Notes under the pieces: model-generated
Told to the model about the DNA's origin: nothing
The model's database searches: none
What the model saw: only the letters and a program-made list of their open reading frames with translations
In this document: piece by piece, positions 1-9,504 of the stretch
Layout: every line of letters begins with the position of its first letter
How positions within the stretch are numbered: the stretch's first letter is position 1
NCBI GenBank assembly: GCA_948847595.1
Contig: CAQOGY010000014.1
Coordinates: 6,064-70,063, forward strand
Origin: an uncultured Bacteroides sp.
Lineage (GTDB): Bacteria; Bacteroidota; Bacteroidia; Bacteroidales; Bacteroidaceae
Direction of reading: 5' to 3'
DNA length: 64,000 nt
Program-made: the position numbers and the translations under genes

Positions 1-1709
1 TTCAGTAATTCTTCCTGTCTGCCCGGTAAGTCAAGACTTGTGCGTGAACGCTCTTCACGCACAGTAACCTCACTACCTCCTAATACCATAATTACAACTT
101 CGGCTGATTTTGCAGCTTCAATTGCTTCATCCATCATCTGCTGCTCTTTGGGCGTTATATCAAAAGGTAGAACTTCACTTTCAGGAAAATGTGGATCCAC
201 TATTTCACATCCCTTTTTATATACCACCTTAGCTCTCGGCAGGGCTTCTTTAATACCTTTGTACACTGTTTTGATTGGGGCATTGGAAGGACCGTAACGG
301 CAGATGAGCTCTTTTTGCTCATCTGCGTTCGGACCTATTACAGCTACAGATTTCAATGTCTTTTGAAGGGGCAATAGGTTATCCTGATTCTTCAAAAGAA
401 CAATTGACTGACGGGCGGCCTCCAATGCTACTGCCTGATGTTCTTTGCAGTGCACTATTTTATCCGCTAATTTTCCGTCACCACGGTAAGGATTATCAAA
501 TAAACCTAACCAAAATTTGACATACAAAATCTCACTTACGCGTTGATCGATAGTAGCTTGTGATACCTTTCCTTTGGCAATAGCGCTTCGCAACGGCTTT
601 ATGAAGCCTGCCGGAGAACTGAAGTTAGTGCGTACATTTAGTCCTGCATTGACCGATTGTACTACTGCTTCTTCATTATTATCAGCAACTTTGTGTTTGC
701 CTGAGATGAATTCGACAGCATCGCTGTCTGAGACAACGTATCCTTTAAATCCCCATTCCTGACGTAAAATCTGCGTGAGGAATCGATAACTTCCGGTAAT
801 AGGTTCACCGTCATAATCATTGTATGAGCTCATAACTCCCAATGCTCCTGCTTCCTGAAATGCAACGCGGAAGGGCTCAAGGTAGAGAGTACGCATTTCA
901 CGCGGAGCCACGTGCGGGTCCGTACGCGTACCTCCGTCACGTCCGCCCACTGGAATACTATATACGGCGAAGTGCTTTGGAGTGGCTACCAGCTTGTGTT
1001 TCTGCAAACTTTGAATCATCTGCTTTCCTAACTGTCCTACTAGGTATGGATCTTCGCCATAGCATTCTACCGCACGTCCCCAACGAGGGTCTTGTGCTAT
1101 GTCCAGAATAGGAGAGTAGATATTTGTATATCCCAAAGCAGTTGCTTCTTTAGCTTCTACTTCACCAATCCGGGCAATCAGCTCTTTGTTCCATGTACTT
1201 CCCTGCCCGCATTGGGCAGGGAAAAAAGTAGCCTTCTCATGACAAACCCCACGAATTCCCTCATTAGTAAAGTCTACCGGAATTCCTAATCGTGTTTCTT
1301 CAACAAACCAGCGTTGGATATCATGTATAGCTTTAACGTGTTTAGCATAAGGAAATGCATACTCAGAGCCGAACTTCCCCAGTCCGTTATGCTCTTCGTC
1401 AATGTTTCCTATACCGTCTTTCCATATTTCCGACTTCCATTTTTCAGTTGGTAATGCGTCGGCTAGAACACGACCGGAACCGTAGAGAGTTGCCATCTGA
1501 CAAGTCTTTTCATCCATATTCATCTGACTTAACAGGTCTTTGACGCGCTCCTCTATCGGGGCAGACGGGTCTTCATATATGTCCATCTTGCCATTTTTAT
1601 TAAAATCAATCCATCCTTTTCGATAGATATCGTCTTTAGGACCTGCCTGAGTGATTGCCGGGATAGACAACAAGCAGCTTAGTAATGTTAGTTTTAGTTG
1701 TTTTTTCAT
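1..1709 (-). CDS. GH3 beta-glucosidase/xylosidase-like glycoside hydrolase (3' end runs off window)
   Basis: Absent from the ORF track because there is no stop in the window. Read by hand from ATG at 1709: MKKQLKLTLLSCLL..., with DPRWGR, PKHFAVY, GYVVSDSD (nucleophile Asp), IVLLKN and AVIGPNA GH3 motifs. Confidence 0.93.
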   Translation of the reverse strand, partial: MKKQLKLTLLSCLLSIPAITQAGPKDDIYRKGWIDFNKNGKMDIYEDPSAPIEERVKDLLSQMNMDEKTCQMATLYGSGRVLADALPTEKWKSEIWKDGIGNIDEEHNGLGKFGSEYAFPYAKHVKAIHDIQRWFVEETRLGIPVDFTNEGIRGVCHEKATFFPAQCGQGSTWNKELIARIGEVEAKEATALGYTNIYSPILDIAQDPRWGRAVECYGEDPYLVGQLGKQMIQSLQKHKLVATPKHFAVYSIPVGGRDGGTRTDPHVAPREMRTLYLEPFRVAFQEAGALGVMSSYNDYDGEPITGSYRFLTQILRQEWGFKGYVVSDSDAVEFISGKHKVADNNEEAVVQSVNAGLNVRTNFSSPAGFIKPLRSAIAKGKVSQATIDQRVSEILYVKFWLGLFDNPYRGDGKLADKIVHCKEHQAVALEAARQSIVLLKNQDNLLPLQKTLKSVAVIGPNADEQKELICRYGPSNAPIKTVYKGIKEALPRAKVVYKKGCEIVDPHFPESEVLPFDITPKEQQMMDEAIEAAKSAEVVIMVLGGSEVTVREERSRTSLDLPGRQEELL

Positions 1710-1746
1710 CTAAAAGGTTTTATATATTGTATAGTTATTGTTCCAG

Positions 1747-2697
1747 TTACTCTTCTTCCACTTTAACATTAGGATAGTCACTTATTAATACATTTTTTAT
1801 TTGAGTATGTGTGCCTTCATACACGATTGTGCGCCGTTCTCCTTCTGTCAAATCTTTGTATTTATATTTTAAATACAAAACACTGGTCTGTACATAATAT
1901 CGGGTATCAGTATCGTGTAGTACATACTTTCTTGTAAGAGTACTAGTAATTGGTTCTAGCCCTAATTCGACATTTCTGGCAGTCAGAGTTATATGTTCTT
2001 TTTCATCAAAGCTAAGATTAATAGCATAATCTTTATAATTAGGGTCTGTGTCCTGATTGGTATTACCGGCATACATATAGCACGTATTAATTGATGAGGC
2101 ATATAATTTGGCACTGCCAACAGAAGTACTCTGACTTGTTCCGTCAATTGTAATCTTACCAGACCCTGAGAATGTTCCGGAAAACCTGTTCGTAGGTAAA
2201 ATGTAAGCTAATAATTTGCTATATTTGCTTGGTCCAACCGATTCTCCGGTGGAAGATTCTATTTTCAAGGGTAATACATAGTCGTTGTAGATATTTTGAA
2301 TCTTATCCAATTCTATCTGAATTTTGGCTGTCGTTTTGTATTTTCCTTTAGGAATAGTATATACTTCCTGATCGAAAGTATAACAATTGGTTGGAAGTTC
2401 TATATAATAGGAACTTATTTGATTTTTAAATTTGTCGAAGTTATAATCGGCTAAAGTATCTGGGTCATTAGTTATTTTAAGAGTTATATCTTTATCATTC
2501 TCAGAAGTTCCGTTAATACCGAAGTCAATTAATAATTCGGCAATATTTCCATCTTTAATCTCCACTTCACAGGTTTGCCATCCATTTTCCACCAAATAGG
2601 AAAATTTGTGGAATAGTTCGTTGTTTAGTTCATCTTGACAAGCTGTGAAGATGAATATTCCTAAAGTAATGGATATTATGTTTATTATTCTTTTCAT
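1747..2697 (-). CDS. PUL surface lipoprotein (DUF1735/BT_3987-like glycan-binding protein)
   Basis: Lipoprotein signal FIFTAC, DYVLPLKI motif typical of DUF1735, directly downstream of SusD. Start moved to MKRIINII (2697) to avoid overlap with SusD. Confidence 0.8.
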   Translation of the reverse strand: MKRIINIISITLGIFIFTACQDELNNELFHKFSYLVENGWQTCEVEIKDGNIAELLIDFGINGTSENDKDITLKITNDPDTLADYNFDKFKNQISSYYIELPTNCYTFDQEVYTIPKGKYKTTAKIQIELDKIQNIYNDYVLPLKIESSTGESVGPSKYSKLLAYILPTNRFSGTFSGSGKITIDGTSQSTSVGSAKLYASSINTCYMYAGNTNQDTDPNYKDYAINLSFDEKEHITLTARNVELGLEPITSTLTRKYVLHDTDTRYYVQTSVLYLKYKYKDLTEGERRTIVYEGTHTQIKNVLISDYPNVKVEEE

Positions 2698-2714
2698 ATT
2701 CTTTTTTGTTTTAA

Positions 2715-4694
2715 TTACCATTCTGGGTTTTGTGTCAGATTGACGTTACGTTTTAATTCAGCAGTTGGAAAAGGCCAAAGGTACATTTTCTTCAAAAAGA
2801 CTTTGGGAATAGCAGTCACTGCAGTTGTAATATAGAATCCCTGTCTTGATTCGTCGTCCTTTGTAATGTTGATGTTACATCCCATTAATGCCTGATTTTC
2901 CTCTTCTTCTGCATCTTTCCATCTTCTTAAATCAAAATAGCGGAAACAGTTTTCTGCAAATAGTTCTATGTGACGTTCTCTTTTTAGTACTTCTTTAAAA
3001 TTTCTATAAGTATTGTAAGTATTATCATCAAAATCAGGTAAGCCGGCACGCATTCTTATGGGTTTCATCGCTTCCCTCATTTTGATGGGATCACGTTTGA
3101 TTTCCACTTCTTGGTCATTGAACGTTTGCATAGTATATGTGTTTCCACTGGTTAACTCATTGAGAGCTTCTGCATAAATGAGTAAAACTTCTGCATACCG
3201 TATAGTCGGTTCTGTTTTATTTGTTCTATATCCACCCTCAGAATAAGAGTCTTCTTTGTTGTAGTATTTTTTGAATCCTATGCCGGTCAATGGACAGTTC
3301 TCTGTAAATCCTTGTTTACCATTTACTTCATCTCTGTAATACCAACATTGGAAATTTTTCTCACTAGACAGCGAGGAACTTTCACATTCCCATGTAGCAC
3401 CATTAAAACCAACACAAGCGTAAAAACGTGGTTCACGTTTTGCATACATCAGTGATACACCTACTCCCATGAAGGGGGCCCCATTCATTGTTTGCGGGTC
3501 ATTAGCTGTTTCTGTGAATCCTTCTCTTACATAATATCCTGTTGTTTCTGCCTCTTCTATAGTTTGTCCATTGTTCATGTAATAAGTATCGACCATTTTT
3601 TGAGTAATAGCGACTTTGTTATCTCCGTGGGCAGTTCTGGGCATACTTTTTTTATTAAAGAAATCTTCGATACCACAATTTCCTGTTGCTTTGGTTTTAG
3701 TGAATATTAATTCAGGATTTTTGGAACCACGAATTGTTCCATCAAACATTTCTTTATAGGAAGCATAAGGATCTATATTGCTCCATCCATTGGGAAATTC
3801 TTCATTAGAATAAGTTTCATGATAGGGAGGGCGTTCATATGCAGGCACATTATTTTTGGGCTCTACTGTATATAAGCTGTATTGCTGTAGATTAATCACA
3901 TCTTCTGCGGCAGCAGCGGCCCGTGCCCATTTTGATTCATCATATTCTTGATTATATAGTTGTGTGCCGTCCAGGTTTTTAATATTAAAGAAATCAGTAT
4001 TTCCATTATTCATAGGACTGGCCGCATATAATAGTATTCTAGCTCTTAATGCTAAAGCTGCACCTTTGGTAGGGCGTCCTAAATTATTAATGGTACGTGT
4101 TCTTGGCATAACACGAGCAGCGAGCTTTAAATCATTGTCGATGAAATCGATGATTTCATCAAATTTAGCGCGGGGCAGAGATAATTCTTCATATGAAAGA
4201 CTGACATCTAATCCATGTTCAGGAATTAAAGGTACAGGACCGAAAGTTCTTATTAAACTCCAATAGGCAAATGCTCGTAAAAAACGGGCTTGTCCCTGCA
4301 TATCCGAAATGTCCTCATACGTAAGTTCCGGACACTCTACTACTTTGTCAATAAATGTAGAGGATTTACGAATACATTCATAGGTTCTATTTAAATGGTT
4401 TTCGTAAATAGGGAAATTACTGGCACTATAATTACAGTTCTGCAGAGCTTTCCCGTCCGGGTGAACTAAATCATCACTAGCCCACATCAATTTGGAACCG
4501 AACTCTGTTAGATTGTCTTGTTTTAAATAGTCGTATGTATTGGATAGCCATCCTTCTACATATACTCGTTTGGAGAAAGCGGAATCTACCGATAGCATAT
4601 CATAGAAATATTTATCTACGTCCAGGAAATCTGCACATGAGTAAAAGGATAATGAAGCGCAGAAAATAGTAATGAATAATATTATCTTTTTCAT
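2715..4694 (-). CDS. SusD/RagB family lipoprotein
   Basis: Lipobox SFYSC..FLD; GQARFLRAFAY, FGPVPL, RYAEVLLIYAEA, ERHIELFAE..RYFDLRRW, QNPEW motifs. Confidence 0.96.
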   Translation of the reverse strand: MKKIILFITIFCASLSFYSCADFLDVDKYFYDMLSVDSAFSKRVYVEGWLSNTYDYLKQDNLTEFGSKLMWASDDLVHPDGKALQNCNYSASNFPIYENHLNRTYECIRKSSTFIDKVVECPELTYEDISDMQGQARFLRAFAYWSLIRTFGPVPLIPEHGLDVSLSYEELSLPRAKFDEIIDFIDNDLKLAARVMPRTRTINNLGRPTKGAALALRARILLYAASPMNNGNTDFFNIKNLDGTQLYNQEYDESKWARAAAAAEDVINLQQYSLYTVEPKNNVPAYERPPYHETYSNEEFPNGWSNIDPYASYKEMFDGTIRGSKNPELIFTKTKATGNCGIEDFFNKKSMPRTAHGDNKVAITQKMVDTYYMNNGQTIEEAETTGYYVREGFTETANDPQTMNGAPFMGVGVSLMYAKREPRFYACVGFNGATWECESSSLSSEKNFQCWYYRDEVNGKQGFTENCPLTGIGFKKYYNKEDSYSEGGYRTNKTEPTIRYAEVLLIYAEALNELTSGNTYTMQTFNDQEVEIKRDPIKMREAMKPIRMRAGLPDFDDNTYNTYRNFKEVLKRERHIELFAENCFRYFDLRRWKDAEEEENQALMGCNINITKDDESRQGFYITTAVTAIPKVFLKKMYLWPFPTAELKRNVNLTQNPEW

Positions 4695-4706
4695 ATGGTG
4701 TTTTAT

Positions 4707-7700
4707 TTAGAAACTTAATTTAATATAGCAAGAGTAGGTTCTGTTTATAGGATAAGCATTTCCACTTCGAACTCCACTATTTTTTTCATCAGTAGTTGCA
4801 TTCTCAGGATCCCACAGTTTGAATGGGCTCCAAGTGTGTAGATTTTCACCTATAAATCCGATTTGCATATTGCTAACAAAGAACTTACGAGTAAAAGTTG
4901 TAGGAATATTATAGCGTAGTTCAATGTTTTTAAGGCGAATATAGCGTCCATCCCTTAACCAGAAAGTTGATTTCTGATTGTTGTTGTCATTATTCCCCCA
5001 GGTTAAACGCGGCCAGTTAGCATTCGGATTTTCGGTAGAAACATCTCCGGAGATTTCACTTGGGATCCATCGGTTGTCATCCACCATAGTCTGCAGAATA
5101 TTACCGGTTTGTCCATTTCGGAATGCGTGTGGCCCATTTCCACCGATGAAGAAGTCACATTTTCCTGAACCTTGGAACAGGATATTGAATTCAAAATTCT
5201 TCCAGCTTGTACTTAATCCCATACCATACTGGACCCCCGGAACAGTTCTATAACCAATTGGAACAATATCATCATTGTTGACCACTCCATCACCGTTTAC
5301 GTCTTTATATTTGATATCTCCGGGAAGTACCTCTTTTCCGCCGAAGTCTTGTCTTGGACTACTGCGAACATCTTCCTCATCTTTGAATAACCCCATAGCT
5401 ATTAAGCCACGCGTTTGATTCATTCGGAATCCTTTTTCCATTTTGTACCATAATTCGTTGGCTGCCTCATCTTTATCCAGAATCTCAGTATTCTGATAAG
5501 TCATATTTGCACGAATAGTGAATTTTACTTGTCCGATTTGATCGGAATATGCTGCATTCCAGTCGAATCCGTAACTCTTCATTTTACCTACATTAGCCAT
5601 TGGAGCTTTATCTGCCAGTCCTGTTGTTTCAGGCATATGACTGCGTGTCATAAAAATATCATCTCGTTTATCCAGGAAAATATCAGCGACTCCTGTGAAT
5701 TTACCGTGGAATAAACTTAAGTCAAATCCCAGGTTATATTTTTTAGCAACCTCCCAAGTCAGATTAGGAGTGCCAATAGTACCATTTCTGTAACCTTGTA
5801 TTTTGTTTGTTCCAAATTCACCAAATGAGTAGTCACCATCCGGATGCGAATTTACCAATCCAATGTATGGAAAACGACGTCCACCGATAATATCATTTCC
5901 TACCTCACCATAAGAAGCCCGAATTTTAAGCATTTCTACCCATGGAGCAATCTTCTTCATAAACGGTTCCTCAGAGATAACCCAACCGGCAGAGAAAGCT
6001 GGAAAGAAGCCAAATTGCTTCCCTTTTTCAAAGTTTTCCGAACCGGTGTATCCCCAGTTCGTTTCTACAAGATATCGATCTTTGTATGCGTAAGTGAATC
6101 GGCCTGAATAAGCCAGATTTCGCTTCGGAATAGATTCGATAATGTCTGTGCCTAAATTGGTATCAGATTTTTCTTGTAAATAGACCATAGCAAATGCGCC
6201 AAAACGGTGCTTTTGATTAAATAGTCTGGAATAACTGAGAGAGGCTTCCGTATAATATCGTTTATTTCCTTTAGTAGTTGATTCCTGTCCCATTAACTGT
6301 GCTGTCTGCACTCGTTTTAAAATAAGGTTTCCGTCCGGATCACGATATTTTTCTGCTTCCCATAATTCAGGAGTTTTAATTCGCTTAATTTCATTTTCAT
6401 TGTATGTATCAAATGCAAATGTTCCTACAAATTTCAATCCTTGAGTAATGAAATCCAAGTCTTGTTCCAATCTGATATTAGTTTCCATTTTATTTTGCCA
6501 GATAGTCTTATAGCCTGTTTTGGTCATATAATATTCTGGTGTTTTCACTCCATCTACGGATGGTTCCTCACCGGTCGAGTATTTGCGGGGAATACTCAGT
6601 GGAGTCAATCTGGAGAAAGATCCCCAGATGTCATCTGTGCTGCTACCTGGTTGAGTGCGATTAATTAGGTAGCCGCCGATTCCCACTTTAACAAGTGTTG
6701 TTTTAGTGACATTCATATTTACGTTGGCACGATAATTGAATCGTTCGTAAGTTGTGTTGGTATTGTATTTATTTTCGACACTCTTACTTTTATAAATACC
6801 TGCCTGACTGTTATATCCTAATGAAACATAGTATGTTACATTTGTTCCACCTCCACTTAGGTTAATGTTTGCTATGTATTTGGGAGATACTTTTTTCAGC
6901 ATCAAATCACGCCAATTTACATTTGGGAATAAATCCGGATCGAGATTATTCTGTATAATATCTAACTCTTCACGAGTATAGTGAGGAGATTCGTATCTGC
7001 CTATACGGGCTTCATTTGCCAAGCTGGCATAAGTAAAAGCATCAGCATATTCGGGCATCGGGCCTCTGGCGTCTAATCCTGCTAATACTTTTGCATTAAT
7101 TTTTACTTTTCCGGCAACTCCCTGTTTGGTGGTTACCAATACCACACCATTTGCACCACGTTGCCCGTAAATGGCTGTCGCGGAAGCATCTTTCAGTACG
7201 GAAAAGCTTTCAATATCTTCAATTGGAATTTCATTAAAGCTTCTTTCTACTCCGTCTACCAAAACTAATGCTCCCTGATTTGCACCGAATGTGCTGATTC
7301 CACGAATCCAGAACTCGGACATATCTTCACCCGGTTCGCCAGAACTCTGTACTGCGATGATTCCCGGCACTACTCCCGCCAGAGAGTTGGTGATATTGGA
7401 ACTTGGTGCTGTTAATTGGGCTATATCTACTGTAGTATAAGCTCCTGTCAGAGTCTTCTTTTGCTGATGTCCACTGGCTGTTACGACTACTTCATCGATA
7501 GTCTGATTATCTTCTTGCAGGGTGACTATTGCTTCCTTTTTATTTTTAATTTTTATAACAGGTATTTCCTGGGTAGTATATCCAATATAAGAAATAACCA
7601 ATATGTCGTATTCCCCTACTTTGATTTTAAACTTTCCGTCCATATCTGAAGTTACACCGAGGCCTGGCTGGTTTTTAGCTATAACTGTTGCTCCGATAAT

Positions 7701-7844
7701 AGGATTACCTGTTATGTCTTTTATGATTCCCTGTACTTCTGGTGTATTATTCTCTTTTTGTAATTGCTGTGCGGAGATATTATCTTGTACTCCCCATAGT
7801 GTTGTGATAAGGAGCAGAATGAATATTCGTTTCATGTTATTCAT
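4707..7844 (-). CDS. SusC/RagA TonB-dependent transporter
   Basis: LKDASATAIYGQRGANGVVLVTTK plug motif, LTWE, PGDIKYKDVNGDG, C-terminal Phe. Confidence 0.97.
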   Translation of the reverse strand: MNNMKRIFILLLITTLWGVQDNISAQQLQKENNTPEVQGIIKDITGNPIIGATVIAKNQPGLGVTSDMDGKFKIKVGEYDILVISYIGYTTQEIPVIKIKNKKEAIVTLQEDNQTIDEVVVTASGHQQKKTLTGAYTTVDIAQLTAPSSNITNSLAGVVPGIIAVQSSGEPGEDMSEFWIRGISTFGANQGALVLVDGVERSFNEIPIEDIESFSVLKDASATAIYGQRGANGVVLVTTKQGVAGKVKINAKVLAGLDARGPMPEYADAFTYASLANEARIGRYESPHYTREELDIIQNNLDPDLFPNVNWRDLMLKKVSPKYIANINLSGGGTNVTYYVSLGYNSQAGIYKSKSVENKYNTNTTYERFNYRANVNMNVTKTTLVKVGIGGYLINRTQPGSSTDDIWGSFSRLTPLSIPRKYSTGEEPSVDGVKTPEYYMTKTGYKTIWQNKMETNIRLEQDLDFITQGLKFVGTFAFDTYNENEIKRIKTPELWEAEKYRDPDGNLILKRVQTAQLMGQESTTKGNKRYYTEASLSYSRLFNQKHRFGAFAMVYLQEKSDTNLGTDIIESIPKRNLAYSGRFTYAYKDRYLVETNWGYTGSENFEKGKQFGFFPAFSAGWVISEEPFMKKIAPWVEMLKIRASYGEVGNDIIGGRRFPYIGLVNSHPDGDYSFGEFGTNKIQGYRNGTIGTPNLTWEVAKKYNLGFDLSLFHGKFTGVADIFLDKRDDIFMTRSHMPETTGLADKAPMANVGKMKSYGFDWNAAYSDQIGQVKFTIRANMTYQNTEILDKDEAANELWYKMEKGFRMNQTRGLIAMGLFKDEEDVRSSPRQDFGGKEVLPGDIKYKDVNGDGVVNNDDIVPIGYRTVPGVQYGMGLSTSWKNFEFNILFQGSGKCDFFIGGNGPHAFRNGQTGNILQTMVDDNRWIPSEISGDVSTENPNANWPRLTWGNNDNNNQKSTFWLRDGRYIRLKNIELRYNIPTTFTRKFFVSNMQIGFIGENLHTWSPFKLWDPENATTDEKNSGVRSGNAYPINRTYSCYIKLSF

Positions 7845-7866
7845 GGATAATTTATAGATTTATATG

Positions 7867-9231
7867 TTATTCGATAACTACATTTCTGACGCAATGATTT
7901 CCTCTGTCCGCAACGATTAAAGCGTTACCTGAGAATGTTACGGCTTCAGGTTCATAGAATTTAGCTTTATCGGGTAATCCGTCTGTATGACCTGATTTTT
8001 GAGGTTGTCCGGCGTATAGGGTTACTTCACCTTCCGGTGTTATTTTTCGAATGCAGTGATTCATTTTATCGGGAATAAGCAAATTACCTTCAGGATCCAG
8101 GCAAGGAGTACTTGGCTGGTTAAAACGCGCACCTGTTCCTTTACCGGAAGCATATCCTGATTCTCCGTAATCACCAGCAAATAGCTCCGGAATACCAAAT
8201 GTATGTGTTGCCGCATTATAAGTAACTCTATATATACAATGCTTTTTACGGGCTATAATATAAAGAATATCACCTGTTTTATTGAAAAGTAAGCGCATTT
8301 CCATATCGTTATAACCTTCACGGACAACTAACATTTTCTCATAATTACCATTCCCGGTATGACGATAAACGGCTCCTTCTGAATTGTGGTCAAAAAAGAC
8401 TTCTCCGGTTTTAGGATGTACAGCGACTGAATTGGTTCCAGCTTTAGGGATAGTAACCAATGCTTTGGTATTCACAAAATTAGCATCACGTGTAGAGAAT
8501 ACTATATTTACATCAGTCTTTACATCACTACCTGTCCAGCGGTTGGGTATAAAAAGAGTATCCTCATTTAAACTGAAAACAACTCCGTTAGGTGATTGGA
8601 ATACTCCGTTATTATCATAAACCAGTGTTTCCACATTCCCATTGGAAGCTTTTCTGAGCGCACCATTTTTGCTTTGACCCCGTCCTTCGTCTACAAAATA
8701 AATGGTACCATCATTATCAGTAACAATTTGCCATGGTCGGCGTAATAAAGCTTCTGCATATGGACCGTCTAGGCGATTATCTTCTGCAGCCTTTCCCGGT
8801 ACACCAAATAAAGTACTCACATTACTTTTGAATAGATATCTGAATTCTGTTTCAGAAGTAAATTCCTCGAATTCCTCTCCTTTTTTAAGATATAAGCGGA
8901 CATAGCCGGTATCTGCTCTTGAAGGAACTATCGCATAAATAATATTATCGTTCGCTCTGATTACCTTAGCTTTTTTATCGTTGACTGTTACTTTGATATA
9001 ATTAGTATCTGTGCCAAAGTTGTAGCCTTTCAATATCAGTTTCGTACCGAAGCCACCACTATCAGGATAAAAAATATCAAATCTGGATTCTTCATCTGCT
9101 TTAGGTGGAAAAAAAGTCTCTTTATCGACCTTTAGTTCATCATTACAACAAATGGTAAGGAGCGATAGCAGCACAACGCATAGCGGAAATATTAGCCTCG
9201 CCTTACGACTTTTGATTTTTAAATTTTTCAT
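7867..9231 (-). CDS. IPT/TIG-domain plus NHL-repeat beta-propeller lipoprotein
   Basis: FYPDSGGFGTKLILKGYNFG (IPT/TIG); ARFNQP, DKMNHCIRKI and DRGNHCVR NHL repeats; lipoprotein Cys; first gene of the SusC operon. Confidence 0.88.
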   Translation of the reverse strand: MKNLKIKSRKARLIFPLCVVLLSLLTICCNDELKVDKETFFPPKADEESRFDIFYPDSGGFGTKLILKGYNFGTDTNYIKVTVNDKKAKVIRANDNIIYAIVPSRADTGYVRLYLKKGEEFEEFTSETEFRYLFKSNVSTLFGVPGKAAEDNRLDGPYAEALLRRPWQIVTDNDGTIYFVDEGRGQSKNGALRKASNGNVETLVYDNNGVFQSPNGVVFSLNEDTLFIPNRWTGSDVKTDVNIVFSTRDANFVNTKALVTIPKAGTNSVAVHPKTGEVFFDHNSEGAVYRHTGNGNYEKMLVVREGYNDMEMRLLFNKTGDILYIIARKKHCIYRVTYNAATHTFGIPELFAGDYGESGYASGKGTGARFNQPSTPCLDPEGNLLIPDKMNHCIRKITPEGEVTLYAGQPQKSGHTDGLPDKAKFYEPEAVTFSGNALIVADRGNHCVRNVVIE

Positions 9232-9387
9232 GGTTCTTAGATTTATAAATTATGATTGAGATTAATACTGGTTCAACTGATTGTATCTATATAATAATTA
9301 TAAGATACTACTTCTAAGAGTTGGTGGAGATTTACTGTGCTTTTTCATATTCTAAATATTATTTTGAGCGAAATAAATTAGTTGGCC

Positions 9388-9423
9388 TTAATTTGATAAT
9401 TAAATTGGGGTTAATTAATCGGA
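9388..9423. promoter_or_regulatory. Candidate PUL1 operator, copy A
   Basis: TTAATTtgatAATTAAattgGGGTTAATTAAtCGGA; 30/36 identical to 11716-11751. Confidence 0.7.
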
Positions 9424-9504
9424 TAAATTTATTAATCGCTGATATTATCATGTATTTATTTCACTTTTCATTGTATGTTAATTGGTTATATGACAGATGA
9501 TTAA